Source: Negaprion brevirostris
Lineage: Eukaryota
Assembly (NCBI GenBank): GCA_030324005.1
Contig: JARDVH010000140.1
Coordinates: 6,171,160 to 6,235,159, forward strand
Length of the DNA: 64,000 nucleotides
Direction of reading: 5' to 3'
The translations under genes were made by a program, and so were the position numbers. How positions within the stretch are numbered: the stretch's first letter is position 1; every line of letters begins with the position of its first letter. Below, piece by piece: positions 50,420 to 64,000 of the stretch. Under the pieces are notes generated by a model. That model was given only the letters and a program-made list of their open reading frames with translations, was not told the DNA's origin and made no database searches.

Positions 50420-51107
50420 CTAAAAATAAAAAAAATACAACCTTTAACAATGTTTTACCTCATTTGAAAGCTATGTGAGCGACTTCAGACTGTTTAAATT
50501 TCTAAACGTGTTTAAAAAAATGATCAGTTTCATGAAAGTGATGCTGTCCCATTTACAAAGTTCCAGGTTCAATTTTTGACAAAGTTTTCTGACACTTCAT
50601 TGAACCCAATGCTTTAACAGGGGCTGTGAACAAAATATACCCATCTTAACTGGATTCCCTCCATAGAGCAGAAGTCAGCTTACTAGGTCTGGGCAGTTCA
50701 AATATTTACATCGTCGGCTTAATTTGTGAAGGTGCTATTTCAGATTCTCTCTGAATTTGGTGAAATGCCATTCAGACCACCATTTCAATTCTATCCTCTG
50801 GTCACACTCAAAAAGAATCATTAACTTAATTTTAAAAAAATGAATTGACCCTTTGACTATTGTACTTTCAACTGGATCATATCTAGAAGGGTTAGTGGTT
50901 AAAGAGGGATGGAGAGAAGAAAATAAAGTAATAATATTCAAAAGCCCTTGTGATTCTTAGAGAAGGGGGACTAAGGTGAGCAACTGGAATTAAGGTACAG
51001 ATCAGCTATGGTCCAAATAAGTAACAGGATAGGCTGAATGATCCTCAGAGTAACAAAAGGAGGACTGAGGAAGGCACGGAATTCTCAGCTTTGAGACCCT
51101 ATACCAA

Positions 51108-51205
51108 CAAAAAAAGAAAATAGTGGAAAAATTCAGCAAGTCTGACAGCACCTGTGCAGAGAGAATAGACCTAACATCGAGTCTGGATGACCCTTTGTCA
51201 GAGTT
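51108..51205 (-). mobile_element. Penelope-like family B copy with a CTGACAA core
   Basis: Minus: aact-CTGACAA-a-GGGTC-atcca-GACTC-ga-tgtt-aggt... Confidence 0.7.
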
Positions 51206-51568
51206 GCTCAGCAAGCACAGGAGCACTATTTAATGCTATTTAAGACATGATGATAAACACTTCCAAATTTAGTGTGGTGTGGTATTTGGAACATTTAGCT
51301 CTGCTCTTAAGTAATTTGATCTAATTAATTACGTATGCCTGTGCTCAAATTCAAGCAATATGGAGATCTCAATACAGTTCAACAGATCAAAAAATCAGTG
51401 ACCATAGTTACTCCGTGGCTCACTTTTCCACCCAATGTTACACAGCATAGGACTGGAGAGGACTATATTAGCTGATCAAAATCTAAGGCCAGATCTCAGT
51501 GCCTACTTTATTCATCACACCTGTCAGTAACCATTTTTGCCAAGAATTTCCCATTATAAGCCAGCTTA

Positions 51569-51703
<135 letters not shown>

Positions 51704-52684
51704 CTAAACAAAAATGGAACAAAAAACAAATCAACTCATACCAAAGAAAAAAACTGAAATTTTAAGTGTCAAGGAAGGATCTTAAGAATTTCTGATCAAC
51801 CACTGGAAGTTACCAACTAATAATCAAGATAAATCTTTAAATATAAAAGATGAAAATTATCTGGTATCTAACTTGTCAAAGCTACCAGTTCATTTTTGTT
51901 CCCTATCCTTCCTCATCTTGTAATTCTCCACTTCAAAGGAAGGGGGAAGCAATTTATGCCTCAGCCCACCCTGTTTTTCAGGAAGTTACCAAGAGNNNNN
52001 NNNNNNNNNNNNNNNNNNNNNNNNNNNNNNNNNNNNNNNNNNNNNNNNNNNNNNNNNNNNNCCCGCTCTCATTCAAAAAGCTGGTGTAAGCTTGAGAATA
52101 AAACAGTGGAAACTGCAGAAGACAATTCGATTATTTTACAGCACAGATGCGACACAGAAGTATTGAACAGAATTCGCCCAAAGTTTAAATGTTTCTAATT
52201 CTGGAATACTAGTCAAACCCATTATATTCCCTCAAGGTATTTCCTTACAGTATTGCAAAATTCCTCATGTTGACAATTTTTACTCAAAGAAAACAGCTGA
52301 AATCTGAACAAAAATTATTTTATATTTTACGATTTTAGGTTTTACCCACAGGCTTTTTTTTGGGCACAAACTTTATAATTGCACAGTTTGGAGATTCTTC
52401 GTATATGATCACAACTTAATGTTAGGAACAAAAAAAAAATTAAAATATTTGCAACTATTGTGCATACCCCAGTAGAGATGCATACTTTAAAGTGTACGAA
52501 GTTGCTTGACATTTTTGAAAGCACCATAGGGTTTAGTTTAGAAGTCTATCTTTTATCTTCAAAAGTTCTTAATGTAAAAAAGGGAGGATTTAAAAAAAGT
52601 GGGGAAAATATCAATGCCACTGTGTGCCAAAGGATCAAATCTATTTGCTTCCCAACCAGAAATCATAGATGAACCAGGGATATC

Positions 52685-54040
52685 TGCTTGCTGAAGTCCA
52701 GGTCTGAGGCATTCAAGTTAGGTGATTCTGACCTACAAGAAATCCAAAGATACCAAAAGACAGTGCCAGACTAAGCTCGAGTCTGAGGCTAGCCATGCAG
52801 GCTCCCACTGACTATGGCATGGTCTGCAAGAAATAATAGGCTATAAAATAAAGGTATGTAGAATCTCCAGCACCAATGCACCCCTCCCTGATGAGCTCAA
52901 CATAATCAATATCCATTTTGAGCAAGAGGTCAGCGGCAGCACGACTTCTGCCCCAGAAGCCTCAACTGAACCGGTATGCAAGGTGACCAAAGTCGTCTGA
53001 TCAGCCTTTTTGAAAGTTAGCCCCCAGTAAATGACTGGCCTGGATAGTGTACATGGACGAGCACTTGGATCCTGCGCAGACCAGCTTTCAGGGGTATTCG
53101 CAAACATCTTTAAGCTCTCTTTACACCAATTTGAGGTCTCTTTCTGCATCAAAATGATAACCATCATCCCTGTACCAAAGAAAGGCCAGGCAGTGTACTA
53201 ACAACTATGGTGACTCTGACATCCATCATTATGAAGTGCTTTGAAAGGTTAGTCACGACACAAGTCAATTCCAGCCTCCCAGACTACGCTGATCCACTAC
53301 AGTTCGCCTATCATTACGACAGGTCCACAGCATCTCCGTGGCCTTGCACTCAACCCTGGAACACCTTGATAACAAAGACGTCTATGTCAGGCTCCTATTT
53401 ATTGACTACAGCTCAGTCTTCACCAGTGTGATTCCAACAAATCCCATCTTCAAACTCTACGGTCTGGGGCTTGGCTCCTCCCTCTGTGACTGAATCCTAA
53501 ACTTCCTAACCCACAGATGGCAATCAGTAAGGATAGCAACACTTCCTCCATGATCATCCTCAATACCGACGCCCCACAAGGCTGTGGCCTCAGCCACTTA
53601 CTATAATCCTGATACAACTATGACAATGGGGCCAAATTCCTATTCAACTCAATTTTCAAGTTTGCTGATGACACCACCGTAGTGGGTCGAATCTCAAACA
53701 ATGAGACAGAGTACAGGAGAGAGAGAGAATCTGGTGAATTAATGTGATGACAATAATATCTCCTTCAGTGTCAACAAAACGAAGGAGATAGTCACCGACC
53801 AGGAATTCTGTGGAGGGCATGCCTGTCTACATCAATGGGGATGAAGTGGAAATGGTCAAGAGCTTCAGGTTTCTAGGTGTCCAGATCACCAACAAGCTGT
53901 CCTGATCCCTCCAGGCCGATGCTATAGTTAAGAAAGCCCACCAATGCCTTTATTTTCTCAAAAGGCTAACGAAATTTGGCATGTCCATCACAACTCATCA
54001 GCTATTACAAACGTACCATAGAAAGCAACCCTTCTGGTTA
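52685..54040 (+). mobile_element. Rex1/Babar-type LINE reverse-transcriptase remnant
   Basis: [84 protein letters not shown]; multiple stops and frameshifts. Confidence 0.92.
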
Positions 54041-55462
54041 TGTCACACATTAATATATAACCCATAACAATTTGAATCATGAAGTGAAACATATTATCCT
54101 AGCCAAATTCAAGATGCAAAATTTATGATCCAGGCGGGCTCCATAAAACACTTGTGTTTCTGACTTGAACAGTAACAGCTGTCCGTCATAATGTTCCAAT
54201 AATGCCACTACAGAAATGTTTAAAATAAGCTACAAACCCTGGCAAACCAAAAGCAGTGCTTTGATCAGTATTAGAACAAGACCTTAAAGAATAATGCGAT
54301 GCTATTTGAGGGTTAAAAGGAATCATTTAGGGTCATGATGAATGTAACGAAATTTCTTATGATAGATAATTATTACTTCTATCACCTATTAATTAGCATC
54401 CTCCTTTTAACCCACTAGTAAACTGAAATTGTGTCCCTTTCTCACCAATACACTTACCTGTGGAAATGATTTCACTGTTTATTTACCAGCAAAGGCTTGC
54501 ACCATTTTAAAATATTTTTCCCCAATAAACTATTATCCAATACAGTAACTCAAATTTTTCAGCATTCACGGCAATCTTGCAATCATGCCACTGAATTTTC
54601 ACTGTACCTTTCACCTGACTATCTTTTCCATACACCAAATGTTTGAAAAACAGTGTCAGTTAAGTAGCAGACGTCTGCCACACAACTTAAAGATGGCCAA
54701 TTTGGTCACACCATTCCTAAGGTATGAAAATTCAATTATTGCCTAATTGGAGAGGGAATTAGTGTGGGTATGAGATGATCACTTGTCTTTTGTTATGGGG
54801 CTTCAGTTTATGTCTGGATTAAATAAAATCAAGACTACCTGAAGATGATTTACAACAAAAAACAAAGACAAAACAGATCAATTAATCCTACAGTCCAAAG
54901 GATTTAAATGTGCACTTTAGGGAGATTTGGGGGACAAAAGATTGTATATTGTAAATCAAGCTAAGGCAATGGGAGTCAGACTACTTCAACACACGTTGAA
55001 CAGCCATCACACCAACACAAAAGGTAAAGCACAGGAGGGAGAAGAATGGGACCTAGAAAAAACAAAAATCTCTGCATTTCTACAATTTCTTAAAAACAAT
55101 GGAATGCCCATTAAATATTGCTGATGTACCATTCTTTTCTTCAAGTACAATTACCACAGCCAAACCGTGGAACATCAGCCTTGTAAATAAGCAGGATTAT
55201 ATGACTAGCACCTATCGACATCAACCATTAATCAGGCAGGGCAATGAGGTTAAAACGATATGCTGCATGTCATTTGTGTCTCACAAAGCCCAGGGCGACT
55301 ATTTCTGCTCATGTTGCTCACCTACTTGTTTTTCTTGTTTGCTTCATTGTTACATAAATCCGAAGTCATAACACCAAGCTCAGATATCAGCAGTCTGAGA
55401 TAAGTACGAGTGAATGGGCAAGTGATTCAAATTCTATTGAGACTCCATGGTAAAATTTTCTG

Positions 55463-55673
55463 AAGTCTCTCAACATCAGGTTGAAGTCCAACAGGTTTAT
55501 TTGGTAGCGCAAGCTTTTGGAGTGTCGTTCCTTCTCCAGGTGAGTGAAGAGTTCATTCACCCGAAGGAGGAGTGGCATTCCGAAAGCTACCAAATAAACC
55601 TGTTGGACTTTAACCTGGTGTTGAGAGACTTCTTACTGTGCTTACCCCAGTCAACACGGGCATCTCCGCATCA
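55463..55673. mobile_element. Penelope-like family A fold-back pair with two degenerate hammerhead cores back to back
   Basis: Arms 55463-55548 and 55552-55631 with a 3-nt loop. Flanks AAAATTTTCTGA (55452-55463) and AAGATTTACTGA (55673-55684). Confidence 0.8.
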
Positions 55674-55741
55674 AGATTTACTGAGCCACTCACTCCCTAC
55701 TCGCTTCCTCACCATGTTTTACAGCATGTTAGTGATATCTA

Positions 55742-55927
<186 letters not shown>

Positions 55928-57150
55928 TTAATTTTGTTCCATATGTGACAGCATTACATTGAAATGGGGGAGGAGGATGCAAATCTTTGTAGGTTTTCTT
56001 ATCAGGAGCATGCAAGTTGTACAATTTTGAGGAAACCCGAGAACTGCTACAATACTGGATCTTATTCTGAGTTGCATCTCAGTTTGACACAGAATTTCCT
56101 CTAAAGGAAGGGCTTCTCCGAAGTAGCAACAGGGCGATACACTGCCCAGGACATCACATCATCATTCAAGTGCATCAGAATGGTAGGGTCATTTTCAGCA
56201 CAGGAGGTGCCAAGTTGACCACGGACTGGTGTTGGCCTTGCCAATATGAATGTTGCAACTGGGGCAATCCCAAGCTTTCAGCAAAAGATACAAGATGGGG
56301 AAGTACCAAAAAAAGACACTTTTCAATAGATAAGGAATCAAAATATTGAAATGCAAGTTACCCACGGCACTAAAATCAGCTTAAACTAGTTCTCAAGATC
56401 AGGAAAAAATATAAAATAAATGTAAATTTGATGTGTATCAAATTCCCAAAGCACCTCATATTCAATGAATTATTCCAAACTGAAATTGTATCTATATGAA
56501 CAGTAGCTACTTTACATTGAACTGTGAGATAAAAGATCAATTAAAGTCCTAATGGTGTTGGTGAGGGAAGTGTGTCAGTCAGGTTAACTTGATGCTATGC
56601 CATGGGAACTTCTTTTGAACTGGCAGGGGAAGCAAACAGGCATTGGTTTAAAGTCTCACGGTGTGTAAAAGAATGACTGAGTTATACCAATATCTTCATG
56701 AGACACATTCATTTTTAAAAGCCGTTAAGGCCTGAATTTCACTGGAATTCTAACGTGCTGCACTGTGATGTGATTAAGATGTGTGACACCTTGACTACAG
56801 CTGACCTAAATATTTTCCAATCTTGACCTTGCATCTGGGAAAAACCAACAAGTGACCATTCTCTCTCGCAAAGATTTCAAATAGTATTGATCATCAAAGC
56901 AGAAGTCTGGGGAGAACCACATTAAGATCTCCAGCCAGTCATCACAGCCAACAAGTAAAGGTAAGTGGAAAAACAGTGAAAATTCAAGTTACTAAGCAAG
57001 CTCAAATAGACTTTAATTAACTTGAGCTCTTTATAATCCAGTTACAGATATGATTATTGGGAAGAAAAGGTTAAAAAAAGTCCTCAAGGTTGATGGCATT
57101 CTTGTAGTCACCATATTTCCAAACAATACCGTCAAAAATAAATATACTCA

Positions 57151-57330
<180 letters not shown>

Positions 57331-60237
57331 TTACAGGGTTCAAACAATTCAAGAAACACTGGGCATCCAGTTTACTTCAAGCTGCCAATTTACACTTAAT
57401 TCTAAGCAGTAGTGTACACTTGGCCAATAACCATTATCACCTGAACCTATACACTGAAGTACAATTTTGTAATCTCACTCCAATATTGGCTATTTGTATT
57501 TTCTGCTCACTGTTTATCCTGAAAATACTGATTTTTGTTGTGCTACAATTCCCATGGAAGCTAAGACCTGATCCAATTGGCCATTATTCACATAATCGTG
57601 TCCAGCAAATGCCATCAGGCTCCGCAGAGGGCATCGGAATGGAGTTCAATAATGTCCTTATTTGACATGAATGCAGCAGTTCCAGAAAGGGCCATGGATA
57701 CTTAACAGACGCAGAACACCTAGCTAATTCTTTCCTGTGACTAAACATAGCACTTCACATCTAATCAGCTAATTTAGAATAAGAAGCAAGTCAGAACAAA
57801 GTCCTTACTGTTGTGTTAAGTTGTGTAGTTGCCCATTAGAGCAAATTAGATTAAGATTTGGTTTTTAAACTTTAAATTTTTAAATTTTAACATTTTATGC
57901 TGTAGTTGGTGAGTTTTGGCACCTGCCAACAGGTTTCTTCAAGTAGATTGACAATTGTGTTTTCAACAATTTAAGTTTTGGAAAGAAATATGCAGTTAAA
58001 TTGGGACGTACGAGAGGATCTGAAATATAGGTTTGAAAAACAAAAATTGCAAAACTTTAGCAACACAACAATGTATATTAAACTGAATGTTAAATTGACT
58101 CCAAAACAAAAGAGATTATAAAGTTAAGGAACATAGACTTCCTAGTGACAATCCTTCCAGTGAATAAAATGATATGCAAAAGCCATCAGAGATAAGGTCA
58201 GAGATGAAAATGCATTATTTAATTTCAGACTTTAAATCAGAAGTAAATCAGCATGTTAATAACTGATTTGCATCTAACAAAACATGACATGACAGGCAAA
58301 TTAATTTTTCTACTCTGCTTAAAGGATCTATAGTAGTGTGGCTCGAAGTGAGTCACTGGATATACTATCAACTTTATGTTGATGTCTCTCTCTTCTAACT
58401 CTGTTATTTTGCATCTCTACCCAATTCTTTTCTCCTTTACTTTATTTAATAATTTATTCTCTACCCAAAGTTACCTTGTGTTTTTTCATTCCCAGTGAGG
58501 GATATACAGCTTATTCATGGGTTGGGCTACTTAACAGCACATTCTTTTCAAGCCAGAGGCAGTGGTTGAAGGTAGGAGAAGAGGCCCCATTTTAGGAGTG
58601 ATGTCTGAGGGAGGAATCCAGCCAACCCAAAGATGCCCTTGAGTTTACAGGTGGCAGGAGATACATTGTTCACATGGGTAGATGTGGTATGCCAGTTTGA
58701 AGTATAGTACAAAAGGAGTCAACTGCACCAGGGGAAGAAAATCAACCAAAAAGAGGTAGCAATGCAGAGAATTATGTTAGTGTCCCCCTACATTGGAGAT
58801 GCAAATCATGGGCTGGAAGTACAAGAAGATTAGGTAAATGGAAAACCTAACTTCTGCCTACAGATACAGAAAGCATGATACAACCTGCTACCACAAAGTG
58901 CACACCATAGAAAAATCATAGAAGTTTACAATAATCTGTACAGTCCACCACTGTACTTGCTATTTGCTAAAACAATCCAAAACTCATATTAGCCCAGTCC
59001 CCCTCTATAACCACGCATCTCAATTTGATTCAAATATTCACCCCATATTTCCTTGGGAGCTGCAATGGTCACTGTCTTAACTGTTTCTGCTGCACTAAGT
59101 TATTTACAGTGGATTGTTCTAACAATCCACTATAAATAATTGCCCCAACTTCTCTCATTCTTAAACTGGTGACCCTCCTCACTAATTCCAAGAGCAAATA
59201 AATAGTCTTCCCCGGCTCACCATCACAATTCATAATTTTTTCAACCTCCAAAAAATCTCCAGGGCCAAAGGAAATAGCCCCAGTTCCTCAGGTCTCTCCT
59301 CTGTTTCACATCCCTGATATCACCAAGTGAATCTAACATATGATAGATAAAGTGTGCATGTGCACTTGGGGTGAAGTGAGGTGGTCAATAAGCAAACATT
59401 AACACTCAATATTACTGTTTTACTACATTCACCTGCAGAACAAACTGCAACTCTTTTAGGGTCATATGGAGTGGGACTTCCACATTAATACTGAATTATA
59501 GCCCTTACTAAAACCTAACCTCTTCATGCACCAAGTAAAAAGTCAACCCAAAAAGGATCAAATATGGACTTCACAGGGTAACCAGTTTGAGTTGAGTATA
59601 TTCAATTGGTGCTCTACGATCTTTTATCAATGTCCATGCAAACTTGTGATAACAGCAAGTATTGATCTTCATATCAAAACACTCCATTGTAAATCTCCTA
59701 CCTGTCAGCACAACCTTGTACATGGGCCATGCATGCCAAGAAGTGTACATCAACAGAGAAGCAACTCAGAAGACTAGAGGTGGGGCTGCCGCAATCAACC
59801 TACTTGATATTATGCTACCATACAAGCCTGAAGCTGTGGTTACTCTTTATTTGCATCATTTTGAATTAAAGAGTCAGTCGAGCTCCATGTCTATGTGTAC
59901 ATACATTTCTACCAATTGTCCAGTCAGCCTTCTTCAACTGAAGCTATTTAAACCAAGGCACTCAGGTCAGGCATTCTTAATTGCAAAGTTTTTTGTAAAA
60001 GTTTAATAAGGAAGGCAGACTTTGTATTGACAGTATTTGTGAAATAAAATCAATTCTTGAAAGTCTCACTTTTATTAAGTCCACTGACAGTTTTCTTTAT
60101 ATGCTTTATATTCAATTTCAGGCACTGGGACAATGAGAATAATGTAACTGTATAAACGCATACAAATTAATACAAAAAGTCAATTACTTCTTTAGGCCAA
60201 CTATCAAGGTCAACTTCTGCAATTATGTATTGCATTG

Positions 60238-60695
60238 AGCAGCACGGTGGCAAGAGTAGTTAGCACTGCTGCCTCACAGCTCCAGGGATCTGNNNNNNNN
60301 NNNNNNNNNNNNNNNNNNNNNNNNNNNNNNNNNNNNNNNNNNNNNNNNNNNNNNNNNNNNNNNNNNNNNNNNNNNNNNNNNNNNNNNNNNNNCACAGCTC
60401 CAGGGATCTGGGTTCAATTCCAGCCTTGGGTGACTGTAGAGTTTGTACACCCACCCCACGTCTGTGTGGACTTCAAGGTGCTCAGGTTTCCTTTCACAGT
60501 CCAAAAATGTGCAGATTGGGTGGATTGGCCATGCTAAATTACCCCTTAGTGTCTAGGATGTGCAGGTTAGAGAGATTAAATATACAGGATTAGAGGGATA
60601 AGCCAGGAGAGCGCACCTGGGTAAGATGCTCTGTCAGATAGTTGGTGCAGACTCGATGGACCAAATGGCCCCTTCTGCACTGTAGAGATTCAATG
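60238..60695 (+). mobile_element. HE1/V-SINE-like element, CR1-type tail (spans an N gap)
   Basis: A box, B box GGTTCAATTCC, V-core, tail CTTCTGCACTGTAGAGATTC. Confidence 0.85.
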
Positions 60696-62330
60696 ATTGA
60701 ACTATTTGATGTAAAATGATCCTCATTGGAGGTTGGCACTGTTGAACAAAACACCAAACTGTGCACTTGGTGTTAGCAAATGAGGTGGTCACTAAAAGCC
60801 TTTGCAGCAGCACAGAACATATCCAGATAAGGGTAGTCAAATGACCTGCACTCAAGATGTTGCTGACCTCAAAAAAGTAGTTTGGAAAGGTATGCTCACA
60901 ATTTTTTTTCAACTTTCAGGGAAACTGAGACAATGCAGGCAGTTACAGAAACAAATCTGTATCCTGTTTGCCTTGTGCTACGCTGTTACTGGAATTTCAG
61001 TAAACATTATGCAAATTATTTCTATGAAATCTACCAGAACAGCGAGAAAATCTCGGTTTAGGAGCCACCCGTGGTTCAGCAGGTGAAGGTTGGTGGAGTA
61101 ACTTAAGCTTTAGAGAAGATTCAGCAGTAGCCTTAACATCTCTGTATTTGATTAGGATAAAAGAAATTAAATACAACTTCCTGGTTCCTAATCCTGATTG
61201 CTATTCAGGAACATAAATGATTGCCAATAGAATAGGGTAGCGCTACGAAATGACGCACTTAGTGTTTGGGTGGGCAGCAAATTCTAATACAGCTCACACA
61301 TTGAGAAACCACATGGACAAAGTACCAGAGAACTACTTCTGCAAGACCATCCAAGAGGAGGATTACAGATTTTGACCTGTTCAAGTAAGTCTAATGACAA
61401 CACTGGTGGGATATGGTGCGGTTTCAAATGTCTAACATGACTAGATTTTCCACTATATTTTTGGAAAAAAGGTGGTTCGGGAAAGGCCACACTGTAAGGC
61501 CTTTTAATAGAGGCAGACTGAGGGCCCGGGAACTGCAGAACACCCTCGAAATGCGCAACTGTATGCCAATCTGAGAAATAACGGCACATAGTAATTTTTG
61601 AGGCATGTATACAGTTTTCAGGTTTGAAATGTTATGACTGTAATTTGTATAGAACTGTAAAAAGGTTTAATTCTGCACTGTAGGAAATGCAAAGACATGT
61701 AGAAACGCAATGGTTTATTTGAAATTTTTATGAATAAAGTATATTTTTGGAAGAAAAGATTTTCCACTATACAACATTTATGTAGTTTTAGTAACACTTA
61801 TTACAAGAGCAGAGGTGTACCGAAGCCAAGAAAATACATTTTCACAGGAATGCCTGAGATTTTAAAAATTAAAATGTTATTGCAACATCTAAGAATTAGA
61901 AGAATTAGACTAAAATGTTAACTACGCTGGAATTATTTTATACTGGAAGCAGTTGAGAAAGAACCAAAGTAACAGTGTTTCACATCAACTTTTAATGCAA
62001 CAACTGATATTAAATTAATAAATGGGGACTGGGTAGTTCTGGTCGTTCACACTAATGGCGCATGTTTGCCACAGGTTTCCTGGCAGCAAGGGTACATTCA
62101 ACGGGAAACCCCTTTGACAGTGGGAGGAACCAGAAAATCCTGTCGCCAGCCAATGGCAGACCTGCCCACGATCTTTGCAATTTGTCTATCAAACTTACAC
62201 AGAAGCACATTTAATCAATTCCTATAAAATTCCTAAGCACAATTTCATTAAGATAAGCAAATACCAAAAATTTGACTCAAAATGCAGCTTACATAAAAAT
62301 AATAAAATTTCTTCAGCAGCTGGGTTTCTA

Positions 62331-62471
<141 letters not shown>

Positions 62472-62565
62472 TTAGTATTTTTAATTTCGAGAGGAAGAAA
62501 GTTACACAACAGCTTTTTCTTGGAAATGGTATGCCAGTAACCATACCTTTTAATGTCTTAACCTA

Positions 62566-62717
62566 GAACAGTAAGAAGTCTCACAACACCAGGTTAAAGT
62601 TCAACAGGTTATTTGGGAGCACAAAATTTGGTGCTACCAAATAAACTTGTTGGGTTTAATCTGGCGTTGAGAGACTTCTCACTGCGCCTAGCCCAGTCCA
62701 ATGCCGGCATTTTCACA
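62566..62717. mobile_element. Penelope-like family A fold-back pair lacking the ribozyme core, with a perfect 10-bp TSD
   Basis: Arms 62569-62622 (-) and 62631-62717 (+); TCTTAACCTA at 62556-62565 and 62718-62727. Confidence 0.82.
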
Positions 62718-64000
62718 TCTTAACCTACCAATGCAGAATATCTTCCAAATTCAGATTAGCTATTCAGTTATAAGTTGTAACAAAATGAATAGATAATTTA
62801 CAATCTCAGTAAAATGACAAGATTTTCTCACAGCTATCCATCTTNNNNNNNNNNNNNNNNNNNNNNNNNNNNNNNNNNNNNNNNNNNNNNNNNNNNNNNN
62901 NNNNNNNNNNNNNNNNNNNNNNNNNNNNNNNNNNNNNNNNACCTACAACAGACGTTAAACTAACCGGCCTATAATTCCCTGCCTTTTGCCTGCCACAATT
63001 TCATGATACACTTGAGAAATTTTGGATCTCTGATCTTCCCTTTCCAAAAAGCTCATCTGGGATCATTTTAACGTCTAAATTTTGTGCTAACAAATGAAAC
63101 CCTCGTCCTTCTGCTCTGCCAGCTATGATCAATGAATTGCAGGCAATCTGGTACATTCCTTGCATTTTTAAATTCTATTTCCTCATTCCTCCTCAAAACC
63201 ACAATTTGCAGCCAATGCTATTCTATGACAAGTCCTAATAGGAAGCAACCACAAATGGTCCAGGATGGCTTTTCCCTTCTTGACTGGCTGAAGCATCCAA
63301 GATCCTGCTGATGTTAAATACTCTGGGCACATAGGTAATTTCAACAATCACCTCTTCTCAGATTTTTGATCCGTTTTCTGTTTAAATTTAGGAGATTTTT
63401 CTCTCTGTATATTTCTAATTGTTTATTGGATAAATTCCAATCGGGAAATAGTAGGAAACTTATGTTCTTGAATGAACAGCCATTTGTCCCATTGTAAAGT
63501 GTTACTATTCAAATTTGTAGCTATCGCCTTTAGAATATATTATGAAAGCTGCCAGTTTCCCAATTTAAGATTTCTTCAGTTCTTAAGTGTTTCAAATGGT
63601 TTGCTCAAAGAGCAACTTTCCCAGCTTTGCGCCTTAGTGCACCAGAGTACTAATTGGTTAAGTGGAAATTCACTTTCCCAACACTAAACACAAGGGCTTT
63701 CTCTCAGCTAAGAGGGGTGGTGGTCAGAGGCAAGAAAACAGAACATAGATCAAGCAGAGGTTGATCAACATTTTACAGGAATTAACTGCACCCACATTAA
63801 TAGCTGGATACAATATGACATACGGAATGGAGGTGGCCATCTGCCAATACATTTTGACTCATGAGAAAAATAGCTCCCTGGAGTGCAGTCTTAAAGGAAA
63901 ACAAGTCTCAAACCTAGTTTGGAAATCGAGCCAGGTTAGAAATTGCCCCTAAACTCTGATTCCAAGTTTTGCGCTGCTCAATTGCACATGGCTGGGAACA

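Noticed and set aside
60276-60411. CACAGCTCCAGGGATCTG repeated across an N gap
   Set aside because: Same scaffolding artefact, inside a SINE.

Overview
Vertebrate nuclear DNA with several N gaps. It is almost certainly a shark, inferred from the HE1/V-SINE-like, Deu-SINE-like, CR1 and Rex1 repeats. Two genes converge tail-to-tail. On + lie the last four coding exons of RNFT1 (RING/transmembrane E3 ligase; 322-7438). On - lie nine exons of RPS6KB1/p70S6K1 (equivalent to human exons 7-15; 62436 down to 34872), followed by a probable long, repeat-poor 3' UTR. The rest is repeat-rich, including a near full-length fossil Charlie/Buster-type hAT transposase in an RNFT1 intron. The most striking signal is two families of short Penelope-like (PLE) elements carrying minimal hammerhead ribozymes. 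Family A has the canonical CUGAUGA core; family B has a compensated U3-A8 core (UUGACAA). They recur as head-to-head fold-back pairs, often between 10-17 bp direct repeats, and several arms begin at the predicted self-cleavage site. A V-SINE also occurs with two alternative LINE-derived tails. All family assignments are by eye; no database search was run.
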